From the NCBI GenBank assembly GCA_028872875.1, contig JAGWOC010000002.1, positions 38,574 to 102,573 on the forward strand: a stretch of DNA of 64,000 bases, written 5' to 3'. The notes beneath the pieces were generated by a model that made no database searches, had not been told where the DNA came from, and saw nothing but the letters and a program-made list of their open reading frames with translations. Made by a program: the position numbers and the translations under genes. Positions 1 to 9,485 of the stretch are shown piece after piece. Within the stretch, counting starts at the first letter, position 1; every line of letters starts with the position of its first letter. This DNA comes from Chloroflexota bacterium (GTDB lineage: Bacteria; Chloroflexota; Dehalococcoidia; DSTF01; JACRBR01).

Positions 1-459
1 GCCGAGCGTCAACGGCACCAGGTACAGCGCCGAGCCGATCGTCAGCAGGACCGCGCTGAGCCGGTAGTCCGCCGGGTTCTCGTCCGGGTCGCGCACCATC
101 TTGATCAGCAGCACCCACAGCACGATGACGGCCGACAGCGTCGCCGTGATCGGCAGCGGGTTGTCGTGCAGCAGGTTCGGGTAGAAGAAGAACAGGCTCA
201 CGATGAACGTGATGATCAACGTCCCGTCGCGGATCAGCACGTACGACAGCCAGAACACGTCCGCGGCGAACCGCAGTGACAACTTCCGCAGCGTCCGGAT
301 CGCGTACGGCCGCATCAGATAGAACACGAGCGTCGCGATCCAGAACATCGGCAGGGCCGCCACCAGCGTCCCGACCATGAAGTCGCGGAAGCCATTGTGG
401 AACGCCTGGCCGAGCGCGCCGCTCAACTGGTCCACGGTCATGGCGAGTATCGGTGTCAT
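1..459 (-). CDS. Uncharacterised multi-pass membrane protein, C-terminus runs off the window; paralog of 953..1603
   Basis: Not in the ORF track. Manual translation from ATG 459: MTPILAMTVDQLSGALGQAFHNGFRDFMVGTLVAALPMFWIATLVFYLMRPYAIRTLRKLSLRFAADVFWLSYVLIRD...; SD AAGGAGA upstream; ATGA overlap with the ferredoxin stop. Confidence 0.85.
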   Translation of the reverse strand, partial: MTPILAMTVDQLSGALGQAFHNGFRDFMVGTLVAALPMFWIATLVFYLMRPYAIRTLRKLSLRFAADVFWLSYVLIRDGTLIITFIVSLFFFYPNLLHDNPLPITATLSAVIVLWVLLIKMVRDPDENPADYRLSAVLLTIGSALYLVPLTLG

Positions 460-953
460 TTCGCATCTCCTTTAGACGGCTTCGTGGTCCACGTCCGCCA
501 CACCTGCCACGGTCCCACCCGCTTGGCGATGCGCCAGCGGATGTCCTTCCCCCAGGGGTCGTGCGCCTCGCGTGGCTCCTGCACCTTCATCGCCGCGCGG
601 GTGTAGCTCGAAAGGGGCGCCCAGTGTCCGTGCAGGTCCCGCGGCTCGACGAGGATCGGCCCCTGCCGCGGCGCCATCGCTGGCGGTTCGGGCACGCTCT
701 TGATCGAGATCGCCTGCGTCGGGCACTCGCGGACACAGATCGTGCAGCCGTTGCAGTGGGCGACCTGCACCGGCACGGCCATCATCCAGTCACGCGCCAC
801 CGTCGCCGTCCGCGTGCCCCGGAGGAACGTCGCCTCGGGCCCTGCCGCGCGCGCGCGCGTCATGTCCAGCGTCCGGATCGGGCAGACGTCCATGCAGATG
901 CCGCACGTGATGCAGTCGCGTTGATCGACCGTGACGGCGAATTCCTTCGCCAT
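456..953 (-). CDS. 2x[4Fe-4S] dicluster ferredoxin with C-terminal extension
   Basis: CITCGICMDVCP and CNGCTICVRECP motifs; start overlaps the upstream stop (TAATG). Confidence 0.9.
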   Translation of the reverse strand: MAKEFAVTVDQRDCITCGICMDVCPIRTLDMTRARAAGPEATFLRGTRTATVARDWMMAVPVQVAHCNGCTICVRECPTQAISIKSVPEPPAMAPRQGPILVEPRDLHGHWAPLSSYTRAAMKVQEPREAHDPWGKDIRWRIAKRVGPWQVWRTWTTKPSKGDAK

Positions 954-1603
954 TACGCACCCGCCCCGGTGGCGTCACTACCCTCCGGCAGGTCCTGCGC
1001 GACGGCCGAGTGGAAGAACACCACGTATCCCACCGCAATCAGCCCGAGCACGCCCGCGAGGGCCATGTTCACGTATGTGATCGCCGCCGCGAACACCGGG
1101 TGGCTCGACGAAATCATCAGCGAGCTGACGCGGTTCACGTTCCCGAAGTCGGTCGCCTGCACCCCCAGGAGCGTCGGCACGAGATACAGCACCGAGCCGG
1201 CTGCGATCAGGATGCTCACGGCGTAGAAGGCGTTCGGCTCGTCGTCCGTGTCCCAGATGAGCTTGATCACCAGCGCCGCGAGCGCGCATACCGCCGCCAC
1301 GCCTCCCGTGATCGGGAACTGGTTGGCGATGAACGGGTCCACGAAGAAGAACTGGATGCTCATCACGAAGATCACGACCAGCAGGATGTCGCGCACGCTC
1401 GCATAGGCGAGCCACCAGAGGTCGGCGCCGATCCGCAGGCTGAACTTCGGCACCACGCGCAGGATGTACGGCCGCGCCAGGTGGATCGCGATGAGCGCGA
1501 ACCACAGCATCGGCAGCGCCGCCGCCACCGTCCCTTCGATGATCGATTCCCCGGAGCCCGTGATCGCGTTGTAAACCGCCTGGTTTACCTGGTCTGGAGT
1601 CAT
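953..1603 (-). CDS. Uncharacterised multi-pass membrane protein (216 aa)
   Basis: ATG 1603 with AAGGAGG SD; several hydrophobic segments; aligns by eye with the 1..459 product. Confidence 0.85.
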   Translation of the reverse strand: MTPDQVNQAVYNAITGSGESIIEGTVAAALPMLWFALIAIHLARPYILRVVPKFSLRIGADLWWLAYASVRDILLVVIFVMSIQFFFVDPFIANQFPITGGVAAVCALAALVIKLIWDTDDEPNAFYAVSILIAAGSVLYLVPTLLGVQATDFGNVNRVSSLMISSSHPVFAAAITYVNMALAGVLGLIAVGYVVFFHSAVAQDLPEGSDATGAGA

Positions 1604-1911
1604 ACCGAACCTCCTTCGTGTCCATATGCGGCTTGCCTTTCGTAAGTCGGCCGCACAGGCATCCTCGCGAAGCGCGGCGGGCGCCGAAACAGGCAGATGG
1701 CCGCTCGCCGCCGGGCCGGATGGCCCAATCGCGGCTGCGGTGTTGCGCATTCGAATTGAGGTGTTGGAAGAGCCTCATCAGACTCCAGCGCGCGCCCTGG
1801 CGTCGAAGGCGCGCCGCTCGGGGTGTCGCGGCCGGACCGCCCGGACGGGCCGAACGGCACCGGCGTCGCGCCGCATCCCGCGTTACAGTTGCCGGCGGAC
1901 GGAGGTGTGCG

Positions 1912-3645
1912 CTGGGACAGGTCGACGGCGGACAGATCCTCGTGGGCGTGCTCGTCGCCGCGGGCGTGAAGCGCGTCTTCACGCTGCACGGCGGCCATCT
2001 CGACGCGATCTACCAGGCCGCGGTCGCCGCCGGTCTGCCGCTCGTCGATACCCGCCACGAGCAGGCCGCCGGCCACGCGGCGGACGGCTGGGCGCGCACC
2101 ACCGGCAACGTTGGCGTCGCCATCGTCACCGCGGGCCCCGGCGTCACCGACGTCGTCACCGCTGTCGCCAACGCCTACCTCGACTGCATCCCGCTGCTCG
2201 TCATCGGCGGCCGCAGCCCGCTCATCGACGACGAGCGCCTGCCTCTGCAGGGAGGCTTCAGCCAGGTCGACCTGATGAAGCCGATCACCAAGTGGTCCGC
2301 CACGGTGACGCACCTGCCACGCCTCGCTGACTACACCGCGCAGGCGCTGCGTATCGCCACCAGCGGGCGGCCGGGCCCCGTCTTCCTCGAGGTCCCCGCC
2401 GACGTGCTCTTCGCGCGCATCGATGATGCCCGCGTGCACATCCCGGCCGTGGGCCGCGCCGTCGAGCAGTCCGCGCCGGACGCCGCGGCCGTGCGCGATG
2501 TGCTGACGCGCCTCGCCGCTGCCGAGCGCCCGCTGGTCATGGCGGGCGGCGGCGTCTGGTTCGCCGGCGCGGCCGACGAGCTGCGCGCCTTCGCCGAGCG
2601 CACCGGCATCCCGGTGCTCGCCAACGGCAAGGGCCGCGGCGTCCTCCCCGAAGACCACCCGCTGTCCTGTGGCGGCTTCGCTGCCCTCGCCGGCGTCCGC
2701 CAGGCCGGCGGGCCCGACGTCGTGCTGCTGCTCGGCGCGCGGCTCGGGCTGTTCACCGGCGGCGCCCAGAACTCCTTCATCCCGCCCTCCGCGCACGTCG
2801 TCCAGGTCGACATCGAAGCGGAGGAGATCGGCCGCAACCGCGACATCCAGACCGCCATCGCCGCCGACTGCCGCGCGACGCTGCGCGCCCTCACCGAAGC
2901 TGCGCCCGCCTTCGACTGGCCCGACCGCGCCCTCTGGGCCGGCGCGCTCCGTGCCACGCGCCGCGCGATGGATGCGGCATTCGCGCCGGCCGCCGGCGCG
3001 ACGCCCGTCCACCCGCACCGCCTCGCGCGCGACATCGCGCGCTTCATGGACCGCGCCGATGACGTGCTCGTCGCCGACGGCGGCGAGACCGCGTTCTGGC
3101 TGGAGATGGCGTCCACCGTCCGGCAGGGCGGCCACTGGCTGTCACACGGCTACCTCGGCTGCCTCGGCACCGGCCTGCCGTTCGCCATTGCCGCGCAGAC
3201 GGCGCACCCCGAGAGCCGCGTGCTCTGTCTGACGGGTGACGGATCCGTCGGGCTCAACTTCGCGGAGTTCGACACCATGGCGCGCCACCGGCTCCCCGTC
3301 GTGGTTGTCGTCAACAACGACCAGCAGTGGGGGATGTCGAAGCACGGCCAGGAGCTGATGTACGGCAAGGGCCGCACCGTCGTCTCCGAGCTCGGCCCGA
3401 CGCGCTACGACCTCGCCGCTGCCGGCTTCGGCTGCCACGCCGAGCACATCGAGCGGCCCGAAGACATCGTCCCCGCGCTCGAGCGCGCGTTCGCCTCCGG
3501 CCTCCCGGCGTGCGTCAATGTGCTCACCGACCCGGACATCATCGCGCCCATCACCCTCGCCATGGTCGCCCGCGCCAGCGAGGGCGCAGGCGAGAAGCCC
3601 GGCAGCGTGAACATGCCGTACTACGGCGAGCGCGACGTCAGCTAA
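1912..3645 (+). CDS. ThDP-dependent enzyme (benzaldehyde lyase / 2-hydroxyacyl-CoA lyase / IlvB-like)
   Basis: DTRHEQAAGHAADGWAR, SHGYLGCLG and GDGSVG...NNDQQWG ThDP motifs; probable CTG start after GGAGGT. Confidence 0.88.
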   Translation: MGQVDGGQILVGVLVAAGVKRVFTLHGGHLDAIYQAAVAAGLPLVDTRHEQAAGHAADGWARTTGNVGVAIVTAGPGVTDVVTAVANAYLDCIPLLVIGGRSPLIDDERLPLQGGFSQVDLMKPITKWSATVTHLPRLADYTAQALRIATSGRPGPVFLEVPADVLFARIDDARVHIPAVGRAVEQSAPDAAAVRDVLTRLAAAERPLVMAGGGVWFAGAADELRAFAERTGIPVLANGKGRGVLPEDHPLSCGGFAALAGVRQAGGPDVVLLLGARLGLFTGGAQNSFIPPSAHVVQVDIEAEEIGRNRDIQTAIAADCRATLRALTEAAPAFDWPDRALWAGALRATRRAMDAAFAPAAGATPVHPHRLARDIARFMDRADDVLVADGGETAFWLEMASTVRQGGHWLSHGYLGCLGTGLPFAIAAQTAHPESRVLCLTGDGSVGLNFAEFDTMARHRLPVVVVVNNDQQWGMSKHGQELMYGKGRTVVSELGPTRYDLAAAGFGCHAEHIERPEDIVPALERAFASGLPACVNVLTDPDIIAPITLAMVARASEGAGEKPGSVNMPYYGERDVS

Positions 3646-3693
3646 CGCCTTCGATCCTCGCGCCGCCAGATGTCCGGTAGCCGGAACCAGACA

Positions 3694-3724
3694 CCCCCGT
3701 TCCCTTCAGCGAAGGGGCCGGGGG
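3694..3724. repeat. GC-rich palindromic element between convergent genes
   Basis: CCCCCG-TT-CCCTTC-AGC-GAAGGG-GC-CGGGGG nested inverted repeat. Confidence 0.55.
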
Positions 3725-3737
3725 TTGGGTCCGCCGT

Positions 3738-5258
3738 TCAGATCGCGCCTTCGCGCAACCACTCGCCCGCCCGCTCGCCGATCATCACCGACGTCAGGTG
3801 GATGTTCGCGCGCGGGCACTTCGGCATCACCGACGCGTCCGCCACGTACAGGTTGTCGAGACCGCGCAGCCGCAGGTGCTGGTCCACCACGCCCATCGGG
3901 TCGCTGGCCGGCGCCATCTTCGCCGTGCAGCTCGGATGGAACCCGCTGGACGCCACCATCTTGCACCAGCGTCCGAGCGCCTCGTCGTCCTCGAACGCCG
4001 CCACCGGCGGCGCCTTCACGCCGTCCATCAGGTGTGCGAACTCCGCGTGCTCGCCGACGGCCAGCGCCATTCGCATGCCCTCGACGAGCCGCCGTACGTC
4101 CTCGGGCTCCTCGCAGAACCGGTTCTCGATGCGCGGCGCCACGTGCGGGTCGGCCGACGTCAGCGTCAGGCGGCCCATCGACTTCTGCCGGTAGATCACC
4201 GACCCGATCGAGTACACGTACTGGCCGCTCCGCGTCGCGAACTGCGAGATCGGCATCAACTGCATGTCGTTGCGCTCGGTGCCGCCCGTCGACGTGTAGC
4301 GGTACGTCACCTGCACGATCGGGTCGTCGCCGTTCAGGTAGCCGTCCTTCGCCGCGTACACCACGCCGAGCATCGGGTGGTCGTCGAGCTGCGCGCCGAC
4401 GCCCGGCAGGTCCTCGACGATGTCGATGCCCAGCTCGCGCAGATGCGCCGCAGGCCCGATGCCCGACCGCATCAGGATCGCGGGCGACGCGATCGCGCCC
4501 GAGGACAGCACGATGCGCGCGCCCTCGACGGTCTGGACGCTGCCGCCCGACTCCACCTCGACGCCGGTCGCCCGCGCGCCGTCCGTCAGGATGCGGCGCA
4601 CGAGGCAGTCGCCGCGCACCGTCAGGTTCAGGCGGTGACGCGCCGGCTCCAGGTAGCAGATCGCGACGCTCATGCGCGTCCGCCCGCGCTTGTTCATCGG
4701 GTGCGGCGCCAGCCCGGTGGACATCGGGTCGTTGTTGTCCTTCGTCTCCGGGTACCCCAGCGCGCGCATCGCCCGCATGAAGGCGAGCTGCACCGGCGCC
4801 AGCTCGTCCTCGCGGTAGCGCCTCACCGGGATCGGGCCGTTGCGCCCGTGATAGTCGTCGTCGAAGTCCATGTCGGTCTCGAGCCGCCGGAAGTACGGCA
4901 GCACCCGCTCCCACGACCAGAGGTCGTTGCCAAACGCCGCCCACTCGTCGTAGTCCTCCGGCGTCCCGCGCAGCGCGATCGCCGTGTTCACCGCCGACGA
5001 GCCGCCGACGACGCGCCCGCTGGGCAGCGGCGCCAGGCGGCCCGCGGTGTTCGCCTCCGCCATCCAGTCCCAGTTGTGCGGCGAGTACGAGTTGTCGTTG
5101 CCGTTGAGCAGCCCAGCCGGCATCTCGTCGACCGTCCGGTAGTACGGCCCCGCCTCCAGCAGCAGCACCGAGATCGCCGGGTCCTCCGACAGCCGCGCGG
5201 CGATCGTCGCGCCCGCCGCCCCGGCGCCGAGAATGATCACGTCGTAGCGCACACGCAC
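3738..5258 (-). CDS. GMC family FAD oxidoreductase (choline dehydrogenase/alcohol oxidase-like)
   Basis: YDVIILGAGAAG, GRVVGGSSAVN, LMRSGIG, FHPSCTAKM and YVADASVMP motifs. Confidence 0.92.
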   Translation of the reverse strand: MRVRYDVIILGAGAAGATIAARLSEDPAISVLLLEAGPYYRTVDEMPAGLLNGNDNSYSPHNWDWMAEANTAGRLAPLPSGRVVGGSSAVNTAIALRGTPEDYDEWAAFGNDLWSWERVLPYFRRLETDMDFDDDYHGRNGPIPVRRYREDELAPVQLAFMRAMRALGYPETKDNNDPMSTGLAPHPMNKRGRTRMSVAICYLEPARHRLNLTVRGDCLVRRILTDGARATGVEVESGGSVQTVEGARIVLSSGAIASPAILMRSGIGPAAHLRELGIDIVEDLPGVGAQLDDHPMLGVVYAAKDGYLNGDDPIVQVTYRYTSTGGTERNDMQLMPISQFATRSGQYVYSIGSVIYRQKSMGRLTLTSADPHVAPRIENRFCEEPEDVRRLVEGMRMALAVGEHAEFAHLMDGVKAPPVAAFEDDEALGRWCKMVASSGFHPSCTAKMAPASDPMGVVDQHLRLRGLDNLYVADASVMPKCPRANIHLTSVMIGERAGEWLREGAI

Positions 5259-5432
5259 CTCCGTCGCCCGATCCTAGCCCCCGCGCGCCGTTCGTGGCAG
5301 GGGCCGAACGGCCCGCGCACCCCTCCGGTGGCCGCGGAGCATCCCCACCCGGCGCGCAGCCCGCACGCCGGGGCTCGCATCCTGCCCGCGCATGCCATAG
5401 CATGAATCTCCACGCAGGGAGGGAGGCGGCCC

Positions 5433-6344
5433 ATGGAGTTCGAGACGATCCTGTACGAGGTGGACGGCGGCAAGGCCCGCGTCACGCTCAACCGGCCCGA
5501 AAAGCTGAACGCGCTCTCCATGCGGCTCCAGCGCGAGCTCAACGCGGCGCTGTGGGAGGCCGACAACGACGCGCGCGTCCACGTGATCATCCTGCGCGCC
5601 GCCGGACGCGCGTTCTCCGCGGGCTACGACCTGACGCCGATGCAGTCGCCGACGAAGCGCGAGGACCGCGACGAGACCTACACCAACGTCTACCGCGGCA
5701 TGGCGTCGATGGACGACGACATCTGGCAGCTCGAACGGCAGCAGCGCGAGCGCATGGCCATCTGGGACATCCACAAGCCGGTGATCGCGCAGGTGCACGG
5801 CTACTGCCTCGCCGGCGGCACCGACCTCGTCCTGCTCTGCGACATCGTCGTCGCCGCCGACGACGCCGTGATCGGCTTCCCGCCGGTGCGGGCGATGGGC
5901 TCGCCCGTGGCCCACATGTGGACGTACCTCGTCGGCCCGCAGTGGGCCAAGTACTTCCTGCTCACCGGCGACAGCGTCAGCGGCCGCCAGGCGGCCGAAA
6001 TCGGCCTCGTCTGGAAGTCGGTGCCGCCCGAATCCCTGGAGGCCGAGGTCGAGGCGCTTGCCGCGAAGATCGAGAAGATTGACACGGAACTCCTGACACC
6101 GAACAAGCGCATCGTCAACGTCGCGCTCGAGCTGATGGGAGCGCGCACGCTCCAGCGGATGGCGGCCGAGAACGATGGCCGCGCGCACCAGGCACCGGCC
6201 GTGCGCGAGTTCGGCCGCCGGGCCATGACGGACGGCCTGAAGGCAGCGCTCGAGTGGCGCGACGGCAAGTTCGGTGACAGCCGCACCAGCGAGGCCGCGC
6301 AGCGGCGCCGCGCCGAACACGAGCAGCGGCTGCCCGGCGCGTAA
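5433..6344 (+). CDS. Enoyl-CoA hydratase/isomerase (crotonase) family protein
   Basis: TLNRPEKLNAL, FSAGYDL and HGYCLAGG motifs. Confidence 0.9.
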   Translation: MEFETILYEVDGGKARVTLNRPEKLNALSMRLQRELNAALWEADNDARVHVIILRAAGRAFSAGYDLTPMQSPTKREDRDETYTNVYRGMASMDDDIWQLERQQRERMAIWDIHKPVIAQVHGYCLAGGTDLVLLCDIVVAADDAVIGFPPVRAMGSPVAHMWTYLVGPQWAKYFLLTGDSVSGRQAAEIGLVWKSVPPESLEAEVEALAAKIEKIDTELLTPNKRIVNVALELMGARTLQRMAAENDGRAHQAPAVREFGRRAMTDGLKAALEWRDGKFGDSRTSEAAQRRRAEHEQRLPGA

Positions 6345-6362
6345 CGGAAGGCAGGACCGCGT

Positions 6363-7052
6363 ATGGCCGACATCCGCACCGAATCCGTCGAGTACCCGGC
6401 GAATGGCATACCGGGTATGGGCTATGTCGCGCGTCCGGACGACGACGCACCGCACCCCGGCGTCATTGTCATCCAGGAGTGGTGGGGGCTCGACGAGCAC
6501 ATCAAAGACGTCGCCCGCCGCTTCGCGCGCGAGGGCTTCATCGCGCTGGCGCCTGACCTGTATCACGGCGAGTTCGCGACGGAGCCGGACGAGGCGCGCA
6601 AGCTCGCGATGAACATGAACCGCGAGCAGGCGATGAAGGACCTCTCCGGCGCCGTCACCTGGCTGAAGGCGACGCCCCAGGTGGCGCCGAAGAAGCTCGG
6701 TTGCATCGGCTTCTGCATGGGCGGCAGTCTCACCCTGGCGCTCGCCGTCGCGTCGCCGGACATCGCCGCGGCCGCGCCGTTCTACGCCGGCATGCAGCCG
6801 CCGCCCGAGCAGCTCGCGAGCATCGAAGCGGAGATCTTCGCCGCGTTCGGCGCGGACGATGCGGGCATCCCGCTTGACAACGTCCGGAAGTTCGAGCAGG
6901 CGCTCGCCGGGCACGGCAGCAGCGCGCGCGTCAAGGTCTACGACGGCGCGCCGCACTCGTTCTTCAACGACACCCGCCCGAGCTATCGGCCGGAAGCGGC
7001 GCGGGACGCGTGGGAGCAGTCGCTGGCGCTCTTCCGCCGCGTGCTCAGGTAG
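6363..7052 (+). CDS. Dienelactone hydrolase family protein
   Basis: QEWWGL, GFCMGG nucleophile motif, and YDGAPHSFFND. Confidence 0.92.
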   Translation: MADIRTESVEYPANGIPGMGYVARPDDDAPHPGVIVIQEWWGLDEHIKDVARRFAREGFIALAPDLYHGEFATEPDEARKLAMNMNREQAMKDLSGAVTWLKATPQVAPKKLGCIGFCMGGSLTLALAVASPDIAAAAPFYAGMQPPPEQLASIEAEIFAAFGADDAGIPLDNVRKFEQALAGHGSSARVKVYDGAPHSFFNDTRPSYRPEAARDAWEQSLALFRRVLR

Positions 7053-7067
7053 CGCGAGGAGGGCGAG

Positions 7068-7274
7068 ATGCCGCGCGACTGGGAGATCCCGGACGGTGAG
7101 GAGGAGGAGGACGAGTTCGGCCCCGGCAGCGCCGACTGGGATCTCAGCGAGGCGCACGGCTACCTGTGGGAGCCGAAGCGCCGGCACTGGCCCGTGCCCC
7201 CGTGGGCGCTCATCGTCGTCTCGATCATCGTGATCGTCGCGCTGCTCCTGCCGGCGCTGCTCGTCTTCCGCTAG
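7068..7274 (+). CDS. Small protein with acidic N-terminus and one C-terminal TM helix
   Basis: GAGGAGGG SD; 68 aa; hydrophobic C-terminal stretch. Confidence 0.7.
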   Translation: MPRDWEIPDGEEEEDEFGPGSADWDLSEAHGYLWEPKRRHWPVPPWALIVVSIIVIVALLLPALLVFR

Positions 7275-7280
7275 CGGACA

Positions 7281-8036
7281 CTACCAGTCGTCGCCGGATA
7301 CGAGGACGCGCTGCGCCGCGCGCAGGTCGATGCGGCCGTCGTAGAGCGCGCGGCCAACGATCACGCCCTCGATGCTGAACTCCGTCGCCAGCCGCGCGAT
7401 GTCGCCGACCGATGTGATACCGCCGGAGTAGATGACTGGCGCCTCCTCGCCGCCTTCCGCGCGCAGCCCGGAATCGTCGAGCACGCGTGCGAAGGCCTCG
7501 AAATCGGGGTGCGCCATCGTGCCGTCGCGGCTGATGTCGGTATAGATGAAGTGCGCCACGCCGCGGCGCACCATGTCCCGGATGAACTCCGCGACCTGAA
7601 GGTCGCTCGTCTCCAGCCAGCCCTTGATGGCGACACGGCCGCCGCGCGCGTCGACGGCGGCCGCGATCTTGCCGGGGTGGCGCCGCGCGGCCGCTTCGAC
7701 GATGTCCGGCTGCTGCACGGCGAGCGTGCCGGTGACGATGCGATCCGCGCCCGCGTCCGCCCAGCGGTCGAACGCGGCGGCATCGCGCGGCCCGCCGGCG
7801 ACCTGCACGCGCGCGCCCGTCTCGGCGATGATGCGCGCGATCAGCGCCGCGTTCACCGGCCGGCCGTCCTTCGCGGCGTCGAGGTCGACGACGTGCAGGC
7901 GCCGCGCGCCCTGGGCGACCCAGCGCTGCGCCATCGCGAGCGGGTCGTCGCCGAACACGGTCTCGCGGCCGTAGTCACCCTGCACCAGCCGCACGCAGCG
8001 GCCGCCGCGGATATCGATCGCCGGCATCAGATCCAT
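7281..8036 (-). CDS. hisA: ProFAR isomerase
   Basis: PAIDIRGGRCVRLVQGDY, HVVDLD, YTDISRDG and GRALY motifs; TATCAT -10 box 6 nt before ATG (leaderless). Confidence 0.93.
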   Translation of the reverse strand: MDLMPAIDIRGGRCVRLVQGDYGRETVFGDDPLAMAQRWVAQGARRLHVVDLDAAKDGRPVNAALIARIIAETGARVQVAGGPRDAAAFDRWADAGADRIVTGTLAVQQPDIVEAAARRHPGKIAAAVDARGGRVAIKGWLETSDLQVAEFIRDMVRRGVAHFIYTDISRDGTMAHPDFEAFARVLDDSGLRAEGGEEAPVIYSGGITSVGDIARLATEFSIEGVIVGRALYDGRIDLRAAQRVLVSGDDW

Positions 8037-8118
8037 GCGGCGATGATAGCGGAGGCCGCGATGTGAGGCAGCCGGGGCCGGTGCGCCTGTCGGATGCGGC
8101 GCCGTTCATGATGCGAGA

Positions 8119-8151
8119 TTCACGCCGGCTTCACCGGCGGTTCACGGCCGG
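8119..8151 (+). promoter_or_regulatory. Three TTCAC direct repeats at 11-bp period; OmpR/PhoP-type binding site candidate
   Basis: TTCAC at 8119, 8130 and 8141. Confidence 0.55.
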
Positions 8152-8213
8152 TCCCTACGCTGAGGTTGCCGGAGCGAGCGACGCTCCGAGTTGTTCCGGA
8201 AAGGAGGGACACC

Positions 8214-8495
8214 ATGTTTGAGACCATGAAGGCGAAGGTCGTTGGTGCGGGCGTCGGCCTGGCGCTGCTCGGCAGCGTCGTCGGCGGTGCGGCGCTGACG
8301 GGCATCACCGCGGCCAGCGCGCAGACGCCACCGTCGAACACGCCGGCCGTCACGCAGTCGGCAGGGCCGGACAAGGCCGAGACCACCACGGCGGCCGAGA
8401 GCGTTGCCGAGGCGAACGAGCCGCAACTGCCGGGCGGCGGCCACGCAGACGCCAACGGCGTCAACGTGCAGAACGACTTCCAGGGCATCCAGTAA
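8214..8495 (+). CDS. Small secreted protein (93 aa)
   Basis: AAGGAGGG SD; signal peptide ending ASA-Q; acidic C-terminus GGGHADANGVNVQNDFQGIQ. Confidence 0.8.
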   Translation: MFETMKAKVVGAGVGLALLGSVVGGAALTGITAASAQTPPSNTPAVTQSAGPDKAETTTAAESVAEANEPQLPGGGHADANGVNVQNDFQGIQ

Positions 8496-8517
8496 GGACG
8501 CCCCGGGAACAGCCGGC

Positions 8518-8547
8518 GAGAGGGCGGGTCGCAAGGCCTGCCCTCTC
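8518..8547 (+). terminator. Strong hairpin with GCAA loop after the small secreted gene
   Basis: GAGAGGGCGGG...CCTGCCCTCTC; no U-tract. Confidence 0.5.
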
Positions 8548-8633
8548 TGCGTGCCCGCGCGGTCGTGCCGGTTTGCTCCCGCTCGCGTGAACGCGTACCT
8601 TCCGATCGCGGGACAAAACGCGAGGAGGCGCAG

Positions 8634-9470
8634 ATGGCCGGTGAACCAGGTCGCGTGACCGTCGAGCGCGACGTCGTCTTCGGTACGGGCGGCGGCCGCG
8701 AGCTCAAGTGCAACATCTATCATCCGCCGGATCGGCGCAGCGAGGCGCCGTCGGTGCTGCTGGTGCACGGGGGAGGATGGGCGAGCGGCGACCGGTCGCA
8801 GCTCCACGGCTACGGCATCCTGCTCGGCCGCATCGGCTACCTGTGCGTCGCGTGCGAGTACCGGCTGACGGGTGAGGCGACGTGGCCGGCCCAGATCCAC
8901 GATGTGAAGGCGGCCCTGCGCTGGATGCGCGCGAACGCCGGCGGCCTCGGCATCGACCCAGCGAAGATCAGCGTTTCCGGCAACTCCGCCGGCGGTCACC
9001 TGTCGCTGATCGCCGCCGGCACGCAGGACGTGCCCGAGTTCGAGGGCGACGGCGGCAACGCCGGCGCCGGCACCGGCGTGGCGGCGGCGATCGCCTTCTA
9101 CGCGCCATCCATCCTGAGCGCGCCGGGCGCGACGCTCAGCCCGGTGGTGGCGGCGCTGATGGGGCCGGGTCCGAGCGCCGATGCACTGCGTGGGGCATCG
9201 CCCGTCTCCTACGCGGCCGCGGGTTTCCCGCCGACGCTGCTCTTCCACGGGAACCGGGACGAGCTGGTGCCGCACGAGGCGACGCTCCGCATGTATAGCG
9301 CGCTCGACGAGGCGGGCGCGCCCGTCGAGATGCACCTGTACGCCGGCGCGCCGCACGCGTTCGATGCGGTGCCGGAGCTGGGTCGCCAATGCGCGACGAT
9401 CATGGCGCTGTTCCTCGACCGGCACGTCGTACATCCGCGGCGCGTGCTCGTGCCGGCGGCGGCTCCATGA
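8634..9470 (+). CDS. Alpha/beta hydrolase (HSL/BD-FAE-like esterase)
   Basis: VHGGGW, GNSAGG, HGNRDELVP and GAPHAF motifs. Confidence 0.92.
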   Translation: MAGEPGRVTVERDVVFGTGGGRELKCNIYHPPDRRSEAPSVLLVHGGGWASGDRSQLHGYGILLGRIGYLCVACEYRLTGEATWPAQIHDVKAALRWMRANAGGLGIDPAKISVSGNSAGGHLSLIAAGTQDVPEFEGDGGNAGAGTGVAAAIAFYAPSILSAPGATLSPVVAALMGPGPSADALRGASPVSYAAAGFPPTLLFHGNRDELVPHEATLRMYSALDEAGAPVEMHLYAGAPHAFDAVPELGRQCATIMALFLDRHVVHPRRVLVPAAAP

Positions 9471-9485
9471 CAGCGGGCTGAGCGC

